A stretch of 64,000 nucleotides of DNA from an uncultured Alphaproteobacteria bacterium (GTDB lineage: Bacteria; Pseudomonadota; Alphaproteobacteria; Micavibrionales; UBA1664): assembly GCA_943789475.1 (NCBI GenBank), contig CALSUG010000005.1, positions 90,694-154,693 of the forward strand. The letters run 5' to 3'. This document shows positions 55,799 to 62,498 of the stretch, piece after piece; the first letter of the stretch is position 1, and the number at the start of each line of letters is the position of its first letter. The position numbers and the translations under genes are program-made. Under the pieces are notes generated by a model. The model made no database searches, had not been told where the DNA came from, and worked only from the letters and a program-made list of their open reading frames with translations.

Positions 55799-55815
55799 AT
55801 GTTATATCATAACAT
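55799..55815 (+). promoter_or_regulatory. Zur-box-like palindrome abutting the zur start codon
   Basis: ATGTTAT-ATC-ATAACAT is a perfect 7-3-7 inverted repeat of the TGTTAT/ATAACA type, ending 1 nt before the ATG at 55816. Confidence 0.6.
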
Positions 55816-56220
55816 ATGAGTAATTGTGATTTTATAACATCTGCGCAAAAATATTGTTTAAACAACGGTTTGAGGCTTACAGCTCCGAGACTTTATGTTC
55901 TATCTATATTGGGAAACGAAAATGAACCTATGGGTGCATATGATGTTTTAAAAAAATTATCCCTGTATATTAAAACCCCTAAACCACCGACGGTTTATCG
56001 TGCTCTCGATTTTTGGCAAAAACATGGCTTTGTTCATAAGATTGAAAGCCTGAACGCATTTATCACTCGTCACGAAAATTATCAAGATAAAGACACGCAC
56101 TTCCTTGTTTGTGATGGTTGTAATTCAGTTCAAGAATTGCACGATATTAGAGACACTAATCATCATAAAAATATACCAACCGAAAGGGTCATATCCTCAA
56201 AAGGATCCGATACCTGTTAA
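55816..56220 (+). CDS. zur: Fur-family zinc uptake regulator
   Basis: LTAPRLYVLSIL..., GAYDVLKKL, PPTVYRALDFWQKHGFVHKIESLNAFI and FLVCDGCNSVQEL parallel E. coli Zur. The second CxxC pair is missing because the ORF ends ...GSDTC*. Confidence 0.75.
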   Translation: MSNCDFITSAQKYCLNNGLRLTAPRLYVLSILGNENEPMGAYDVLKKLSLYIKTPKPPTVYRALDFWQKHGFVHKIESLNAFITRHENYQDKDTHFLVCDGCNSVQELHDIRDTNHHKNIPTERVISSKGSDTC

Positions 56221-56767
56221 ACCAACAGACAATGATACTAATTCAGATAAAAACCCTAAAGCAGAGGGGCAGAGGGAATCGCCAAAAGATGATGAAGGAA
56301 AGGAAACTCCTCAAACACATGATGGGTGTGGCCCAAACTGTGATTGTGGCAAGGCGTTTGCACAAGCTAATGATCCCGCAAGTAGCTTGCAAAAGTTAAA
56401 AGAAGACATGTTGAATATTTTAGGAAAAGAGGGACATGGGGCAGTGTCACCTAAAGAACTCCAAGATACTCTTATCACAAAAATGAATGAGATGACGCAG
56501 AGTCAGAAAATGGCGCTAACACTTGAGGTTGCACACGATCATTTTAATGGTGATATCGGTAAAGCCAAAGGGCATCTTCAAGGTGTTCAAGACAACTTAG
56601 ATTTGGATAAGAGGCAACAAGGTGCAAATAAAGCGTCTAATAAAACTGAGACTGAATCTTATTTAAGGCAGCATTTTGGGGATTCAAAATCTCCGAATAA
56701 AACATTTGATAAACAAGCAAAAAGCGGTAAAAGACCGCCGCCAAAGGCACAAACACTTGATATTTAA
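56105..56767 (+). CDS. hypothetical charged protein with a Cys/His cluster (start uncertain)
   Basis: The track ORF overlaps zur by 116 nt in another frame. Contains THDGCGPNCDCG. The earliest non-overlapping ATG is near 56408 (MLNILGKEGHG). Confidence 0.35.
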   Translation: MFVMVVIQFKNCTILETLIIIKIYQPKGSYPQKDPIPVKPTDNDTNSDKNPKAEGQRESPKDDEGKETPQTHDGCGPNCDCGKAFAQANDPASSLQKLKEDMLNILGKEGHGAVSPKELQDTLITKMNEMTQSQKMALTLEVAHDHFNGDIGKAKGHLQGVQDNLDLDKRQQGANKASNKTETESYLRQHFGDSKSPNKTFDKQAKSGKRPPPKAQTLDI

Positions 56768-56780
56768 AAAGGAGTAAGAG

Positions 56781-57371
56781 ATGAAATCAAACATGAGGCT
56801 TGTTGGAATAGTTCCAATTACCAGCAGAAATAAAAGTGATGTTGATATTTTAAAAAACTGTGGCGATACCGATGCTGACTCACAGGCTATATCTAAATTA
56901 CGGAATGGTAGTGCAAAACACTTAACCGAGGGTGTTACCTTAATGCCTTATAATGACGGTTTAGGATTGTCCCTATGGTCACCTATCGGAGATGATGACC
57001 CACATAAAATTATAGGCATTTATAACGAGCTTTCATTAAAGGGTGATACTTTGGTTAAAGTTCCCCAAAAATTATTAATTGGGCGTGACGCAAAATTTGT
57101 CGTGATTATCGAAAGCGACTGTACATGCTGTGCAGAAAAACATGTTTTAATTGTTGAGGCAGATGGTGAAAAGCCTGTAACTCATAAAAAATATAGTCCT
57201 CTTGAAAATCCAGATGTTGGTCATGATTTTAATATAGCATTCCCGGGTTCATCATTTGATATTACTGGTGAAGAAATAGCACACGCACTATCAGAATTGA
57301 AGAAAACACCTCAATCACCTATACAAACACCAAGGTCACGAAAAAATTGGTTTAGTTTGGGACGAAAATGA
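56781..57371 (+). CDS. hypothetical protein of the zur operon
   Basis: 196-aa ORF with RBS AAAGGAGTAAGAG-ATG. Contains a CTCC motif. No family recognised. Confidence 0.5.
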   Translation: MKSNMRLVGIVPITSRNKSDVDILKNCGDTDADSQAISKLRNGSAKHLTEGVTLMPYNDGLGLSLWSPIGDDDPHKIIGIYNELSLKGDTLVKVPQKLLIGRDAKFVVIIESDCTCCAEKHVLIVEADGEKPVTHKKYSPLENPDVGHDFNIAFPGSSFDITGEEIAHALSELKKTPQSPIQTPRSRKNWFSLGRK

Positions 57372-57414
57372 ATACACTTAAATTAATCAAAAAATCGTAT
57401 GAAGGATCAATAGA

Positions 57415-58032
57415 ATGATTAGATTGAATTCTATTCACTATGAAATAGATAGTAAGAAGATATTAGAGGATGTTTCTTTATCTTTAACGTCAGAAAATAA
57501 CCATCTTCTTATCCATGGCCCCTCAGGTTGTGGAAAATCAACTCTCATGCACATCATGGCTGGATTGTTAAAACCAACGTCAGGATCCATACAATTTAAT
57601 GAGAAAAAATATGCAGATCTTTCTGCATCCTACCTTGATCGCTTGCGTAGTAAAAATTTTGGTTTCGTCTTTCAAAAAATACACTTAATTGGTCACTTGA
57701 CCGCTAAACAGAATATTCAAATATCAAACTCTCATGAAATAGATTTGAAGATTACGGATGATCTTGGTGTTACCAATCTTCTTGATCAAAAGGCATCTTC
57801 GTTAAGTGTTGGAGAGGCACAGCGTGTTGCTCTTGTCAGGGCTCTTTCAAATAAACCATCGATTATATTCGCTGATGAACCAACATCTGCGCTAGATAGA
57901 AAAAATGCTGATAACATGATGAATATGCTTTTAACGAAAGCGAGCGAATACAAATTCAACCTTATTGTGACAAGTCATGATGAACGCATTCAATCACATT
58001 TTGATAACAAGTTAGATTTAAGCCATGAATAA
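57415..58032 (+). CDS. ABC transporter ATP-binding protein (MacB/LolD-type)
   Basis: Walker A GPSGCGKSTL, signature LSVGEAQRVALVRAL, Walker B IIFADEPTSALD. Confidence 0.9.
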   Translation: MIRLNSIHYEIDSKKILEDVSLSLTSENNHLLIHGPSGCGKSTLMHIMAGLLKPTSGSIQFNEKKYADLSASYLDRLRSKNFGFVFQKIHLIGHLTAKQNIQISNSHEIDLKITDDLGVTNLLDQKASSLSVGEAQRVALVRALSNKPSIIFADEPTSALDRKNADNMMNMLLTKASEYKFNLIVTSHDERIQSHFDNKLDLSHE

Positions 58033-59278
58033 TATGACATACATCCTCTCATCATTACGAAGCCGTTTATTAGGAAGTATATTAACTGTGATGTTAACGG
58101 CATTCGGCGTAGCCATGGCACTAATTATTCTTTTATTTGTAAACCATGTTCAAACACGTGTATTACACGATGCGCAAAATGTAGATATTGTTGTGAGTGG
58201 AAAGGGGAGTCCTCTACAGATAATCCTATCATCCATTTATCACATTGATACTCCCACAGGTAATATTCCATGGGGTGAGGCAAAAATGCTGATGAATCAT
58301 CCTCAGATCAAAAAATCGGCCCCCTTGGCATTGGGCGATAATTGGAATGGACATCGTATTGTTGGTACAACACCTGATTATATAGACTTTTATCAGACGA
58401 AATTGACTGAAGGGCGGTTGTGGAGTCAACCATTTCAAGCAATTATTGGGGCGGATGTCGATTTAAATATGGGGAATACATTTGCCGGTGCGCACGGCTT
58501 GGAACATAGTGGTCATGCCCATGACGAAAACGAAAACAAATATGTCGTTGTTGGAAAGCTGGAATACACAGGAACAGTTTTAGATCGCTTAATTTTAACC
58601 TCGTTAGATAGTGTTTTAGAAATGCATGGATTTGAAAACATTGAATTCCATGATGATCACGAGGAAAAGCATGACGATCACTCTCATCATTCACACGAGG
58701 GACACGCGCATGGTGGAGAAGAAGATCATAAGAAGTTAAATGAACCTGAAGTTACTGCGCTACTACTTCAAACGAAAACTCCGTTGGCGAATATGAGGTT
58801 ACCCAGAATTATTAATAGCAATAGTAATTTACAAGCAGCCAATCCCGCCATTGAAATGGCACGTTTAACATCAATGCTTGGTATTGGGACAAAGACCATG
58901 GCTGCTGTATCTATGACACTTTTAACGATTGCCTGCTTTAGCATATTTTCAGGTATTGCTGGCACTCTTGAAAACCGCAAAACCGACTTGGCGATATTGC
59001 GTGCCTTTGGTTATTCCCGTTATCGTATATTTAAAATTGTTGCGGGAGAAGGGGTATTGTTAACTCTAATCGGTATGAGTTTAGGTGGCCTCCTATCATT
59101 CGTTGGATTTGAGTATCTTACACAAGTTGTTTCATCATTATCGGGTAGCGGTGCAACATATCATTTTATCCCTGAAATGTTGTATATCTACGGTGGAGCT
59201 TTATTGGCAGGATTGTTTGCATCATTGATCCCAGCCTATCGCACAGGAAAGATTGATGTTGCAAAACAACTGAGTTAA
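58025..59278 (+). CDS. FtsX/MacB-type ABC permease with His-rich periplasmic insert
   Basis: 4-TM FtsX-like topology with a large loop between TM1 and TM2. The loop contains LEHSGHAHDENE and HDDHEEKHDDHSHHSHEGHAHGGEEDH. ATGA-type overlap with the ATPase gene. Confidence 0.85.
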   Translation: MNNMTYILSSLRSRLLGSILTVMLTAFGVAMALIILLFVNHVQTRVLHDAQNVDIVVSGKGSPLQIILSSIYHIDTPTGNIPWGEAKMLMNHPQIKKSAPLALGDNWNGHRIVGTTPDYIDFYQTKLTEGRLWSQPFQAIIGADVDLNMGNTFAGAHGLEHSGHAHDENENKYVVVGKLEYTGTVLDRLILTSLDSVLEMHGFENIEFHDDHEEKHDDHSHHSHEGHAHGGEEDHKKLNEPEVTALLLQTKTPLANMRLPRIINSNSNLQAANPAIEMARLTSMLGIGTKTMAAVSMTLLTIACFSIFSGIAGTLENRKTDLAILRAFGYSRYRIFKIVAGEGVLLTLIGMSLGGLLSFVGFEYLTQVVSSLSGSGATYHFIPEMLYIYGGALLAGLFASLIPAYRTGKIDVAKQLS

Positions 59279-59291
59279 ATTAACGACACTT

Positions 59292-59813
59292 ATGAAGTTG
59301 GTTATTTTTATTACCTGCGTATTTCTTTCATTCCAAGCAATGGCTTTGGAGGAACAAACGATCTATTCCAGTGAAATGTTTTCACTTGATGAAATTATTG
59401 GGCAAATAGATAATTTCACGAAAACCCCTGAAGGTGGAATTGATTGGAAACTTTTTTCTGAAACGAAAGAAGTTTCGTATAGCATCACTCGTAATAACGA
59501 TTTGTGGGAAGGTGTAAAACCAAAATTTTCGGATGAACTGAAAAAACTTGATGGCCAAAAAATAAAAATGTCTGGGTATATGTTTCCTCTTGATCAAACA
59601 GAAAAACAAAAAAACTTTTTATTAGGCCCGTTTCCATTAACTTGTCCGTATCATTCTCACTCACCTATCAATTTAACAATTGAAGCATATGCAAAAAATT
59701 CAATTCAATTTAGTTATGACGCTATAACCGTAGAAGGTATATTAGAGCTTGTTCCTCAAGATTTTGAATATAATACATTTTATCGTTTGAAAGATGCTGT
59801 GATTACAAATTAA
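59292..59813 (+). CDS. DUF3299-family periplasmic protein
   Basis: Signal peptide. LDGQKIKMSGYMFPLDQTEKQKNFLLGPFPLTCPYHSHSP fits the DUF3299 pattern found with MacB-like Zur-regulated transporters. Confidence 0.65.
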   Translation: MKLVIFITCVFLSFQAMALEEQTIYSSEMFSLDEIIGQIDNFTKTPEGGIDWKLFSETKEVSYSITRNNDLWEGVKPKFSDELKKLDGQKIKMSGYMFPLDQTEKQKNFLLGPFPLTCPYHSHSPINLTIEAYAKNSIQFSYDAITVEGILELVPQDFEYNTFYRLKDAVITN

Positions 59814-59871
59814 TGCCAGCAATCGTAAGGTTAAGAAGTTGGAGAGAATGCTTGTAGATTGACTTCATACA

Positions 59872-59911
59872 CCACCATTAAGTCTTTGATTGAAGATACA
59901 TAGAGAATTTT
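59872..59911 (+). repeat. direct repeat DR-R
   Basis: CCACCATTAAGTCTTTGATTGAAGATACATAGAGAATTTT. A weaker continuation at 59912-59937 matches 54836-54862. Confidence 0.85.
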
Positions 59912-59999
59912 ATTTTCATGACTAAAGACACCAATATTATTTTTAAGGTGTTCAAAGAGTTAATTACCCTTCTCGAAAGGAACTATATTTGGTTAATTT

Positions 60000-60251
60000 T
60001 TAACCACCGACGATTGCAGAGAAAAAAGATATTTGATCTTCATCATTAATTGTAAACTGAGGCGGTTTGATTTCGTTATTAACGGCGGTGTATATAATAT
60101 TACGTTTTTTAAATACAGTTGCACATTCGGGTTTGTTTTCCTCTAGATAATCCATAAGATTTTCTATGTTTTTTATATGGTTAGGAAGTTTTATTAAATC
60201 TTCATGTTTTCCTGTTTTTTCGTGTAACCATGTTAAATACTGTATTTTCAT
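60000..60251 (-). CDS. MoaD/ThiS-family ubiquitin-like sulfur-carrier protein (C-terminal GG)
   Basis: 83 aa ending ...TAVNNEIKPPQFTINDEDQISFFSAIVGG*. This aligns by eye with the E. coli MoaD C-terminus AAVNQTLVSFDHPLTDGDEVAFFPPVTGG. Confidence 0.7.
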   Translation of the reverse strand: MKIQYLTWLHEKTGKHEDLIKLPNHIKNIENLMDYLEENKPECATVFKKRNIIYTAVNNEIKPPQFTINDEDQISFFSAIVGG

Positions 60252-60263
60252 GTTTTGTGCTCC

Positions 60264-61007
60264 CTATGTTGACGCAGAAAGTTTTTTATCTATTGCGACT
60301 TTTAAATTGTGCCAATAAATGGTGTTTTCGAATTCAAATTTTTTATTATTAGTGTATTGATCGAGTTGAACCGTTTTCAGTAACGAAATAGCGTCTTCTT
60401 TTTTTTGTTCAATTTTATTAAAGGGAAGCCATTTTCGTAGTCCATTTGTTTCACTTTTATAATCTTTTGCGAAGTGACGTATGCCGGTGTCATAGAAACG
60501 TTCTTTATAAAAACAGTTTTTGTAAAAATAATTTAATTTTACTTTCAGTTCACTAGAGATGATGGTTTCATTTTCTGCTTTTTGTAATGTTTTACGAATG
60601 TCGACCATAGCATCAGAGAGTGGTTTATAACCTAATTCCTGTGGAGAATGTAAAATTGCAACTTCATCATCATCTTCAATAACACCATGGGTGTAATCGT
60701 GATATATTTCGCCAACACCGATCATGCCAAAGTTGTCTAATTCAGCAGCACGTAAAGCCCCCATGCTGGCTGCGCCAAATATTTTTATATTTTGGGACAG
60801 GAGATATAGAATTTCCTTGTGCCAAGGAGATGGTATGCGTTCAAAATTACCATCAATTAATCCTATGATTCTAGGTTTATATTTTTTGTAAGCTTGATAC
60901 ATGTCACCTTGCATAGCCGGGGGTAAGTAGGTGGCGTTATTAAGGTGTTTTTGCGCCTCTTCAATTGAAATGCTAGGCCCTCTAAAAATTACTATGTCAC
61001 TTTGCAT
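60264..61007 (-). CDS. tfuA: TfuA-like protein
   Basis: IFRGPSI, LPPAMQGDMY, IGLIDGNFERIPSPWHKEILYLL, FGAASMGALRAAELDNFGMIGVGEIY and DDDEVAILH are the TfuA family pattern. Confidence 0.8.
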   Translation of the reverse strand: MQSDIVIFRGPSISIEEAQKHLNNATYLPPAMQGDMYQAYKKYKPRIIGLIDGNFERIPSPWHKEILYLLSQNIKIFGAASMGALRAAELDNFGMIGVGEIYHDYTHGVIEDDDEVAILHSPQELGYKPLSDAMVDIRKTLQKAENETIISSELKVKLNYFYKNCFYKERFYDTGIRHFAKDYKSETNGLRKWLPFNKIEQKKEDAISLLKTVQLDQYTNNKKFEFENTIYWHNLKVAIDKKLSAST

Positions 61008-62218
61008 GCGCCAACTCCATATTGTTCATAAAATTTTAATCCTCTTGCACCTAATAAACGTTTTCCTGGTGCTGTAATGCCTTCAGCGCCAGGTATAACA
61101 ATTTTTACAACTGGAATATCGTATTTTATTTTTGTTAAATTAGCGTAGAACGCATTGTCTAGTCCTGCCTTTTCGAGTTGGCATAGTGTGTAGTCTTGAT
61201 CCTCTTCTAAACTTTTAAAGTCAGTGCAGAGAATGTCGTTAAATGATTTTAATGTATCTTTGTCGACGTTTTTTAACTCGTTTAACCATGAGTTGTAGAT
61301 ATCGTTAGATGTTTCATTCTCGTAAACTTCATGATATTGATCGTCTCTTGCTCCTGCAATAAAAGTTACACGACTTTGGGCGGCCTCTGTAATCGCTCTG
61401 GAAATGGCGATTATTTTGTTGGGGTGTGTACCACTTCCGTAAGCTGGACGAATACCAGTATTATCATTAGATATAATTTTACAAAGAAAAGTCGGAATGC
61501 CAATGTCATTTGTGATATCCCATATTCCAACCAGAATATTTTTGTCTATTAGTTTACTAAGAATAGTTTTCAAATAGTTATCTGTAATTGTGTCCGTATC
61601 AATTCTATTCTTATTGTGTAACTCTGGTGGAGTTAATTGCCATAGAGCGAGACAATCTCTCTCGATTACTTCATAGAGGCCATGGTTGATGGCCTCTGTA
61701 AGGGTGTTACCAGAGGCTAATCCATTACTGTCTGCAATGAAATATCCAGCATCTTTAGGAGTAGGAATCGTGAATTCAGTATGTATTAGTTCATAGGGAA
61801 GCCAAATAGGTGAATTGTTTCTAACACTGTGACATTCAACCCATTGGATGATTGTTTTTTCATTGAAATCCTTCTGAGAAGATCTAGACAAGAGGTGATA
61901 ATCATATTGGTTTTTTAACGCATCATGACTGTCTGTAATAGTTTTTAATTCTATATTTTCGGAATGAAAACTTTCTATTGATTCCATGATGCCGGATACT
62001 TTTGCGGCATTAACAGAGTGACCTTTTCCTTGTGAGATGGCTAAAGATTTTGAATTTGGACGACAAACACCAATCACGGGAATTCCTATATTATCAAGCC
62101 CTGTAAGATTGGCGACACGTGTGATGCCCATATCTTTAAAAAAGGGGGATATTTTTTTTAATGTTTGTTCCGGGGCACAGTGTCTGTGCGTGCCATTTGT
62201 GTATTGTTTTAATTGCAT
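60992..62218 (-). CDS. ycaO: YcaO-family ATP-dependent amide-activating enzyme (TfuA-associated type)
   Basis: HRHCAPEQTL, GITRVANLTGLDNIGIPV, CRPNS, SQGKGHSVNAAKVSGIMESIESFHSE and SNGLASGNTLTEAINHGLYEVIERD. Overlaps tfuA by 16 nt. Confidence 0.85.
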   Translation of the reverse strand: MQLKQYTNGTHRHCAPEQTLKKISPFFKDMGITRVANLTGLDNIGIPVIGVCRPNSKSLAISQGKGHSVNAAKVSGIMESIESFHSENIELKTITDSHDALKNQYDYHLLSRSSQKDFNEKTIIQWVECHSVRNNSPIWLPYELIHTEFTIPTPKDAGYFIADSNGLASGNTLTEAINHGLYEVIERDCLALWQLTPPELHNKNRIDTDTITDNYLKTILSKLIDKNILVGIWDITNDIGIPTFLCKIISNDNTGIRPAYGSGTHPNKIIAISRAITEAAQSRVTFIAGARDDQYHEVYENETSNDIYNSWLNELKNVDKDTLKSFNDILCTDFKSLEEDQDYTLCQLEKAGLDNAFYANLTKIKYDIPVVKIVIPGAEGITAPGKRLLGARGLKFYEQYGVGACKVT

Positions 62219-62228
62219 AATGGAAGGT

Positions 62229-62263
62229 GCGCACCATATTTCAAAAATAGAAAAATGGTGCGC
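62229..62263 (-). promoter_or_regulatory. 9-bp-stem hairpin between the small ORF and ycaO
   Basis: GCGCACCAT-(17 nt)-ATGGTGCGC is a perfect inverted repeat ending 10 nt before the ycaO ATG. Confidence 0.5.
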
Positions 62264-62271
62264 TTTATTTG

Positions 62272-62364
62272 TTATTTAATGTCCATGGCTTCAAAGCGAT
62301 GTGCAGATGATTCTTGTATATAAGAATTTTTTAGAACAATTTTCTGTGTGTTATTTTTTTTCAT
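62272..62364 (-). CDS. candidate RiPP precursor peptide (30 aa)
   Basis: Found by hand: MKKNNTQKIVLKNSYIQESSAHRFEAMDIK*. RBS AGGAAAG lies 5 nt upstream of the ATG. Same strand as ycaO and 53 nt upstream of it. Confidence 0.45.
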   Translation of the reverse strand: MKKNNTQKIVLKNSYIQESSAHRFEAMDIK

Positions 62365-62498
62365 TTGTCTTTCCTTTTTGTTGTTGCTGGATGCCTTGTT
62401 GCAACCTACAGTTGTATAAAAACATAAAAATAAAATTAACTAAATATGTTTTTTAAAATTTTAAGAAAATGTGAAGGGAAATATAGAAGTGAGGAGAA

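Larger units (their letters stand above)
54735..59911. mobile_element. tRNA-Tyr-linked genomic island (zinc-acquisition cargo, decayed recombinase)
   Basis: Bounded by 40-bp direct repeats that include the tRNA 3' end. Contains a recombinase remnant next to the left repeat. Confidence 0.7.

Noticed and set aside
55659-55865. 68-aa minus-strand ORF upstream of the recombinase remnant; considered as its missing N-terminus
   Set aside because: It is in a different frame, has no resolvase motif, and overlaps the zur operator and start. It is not the missing catalytic domain.
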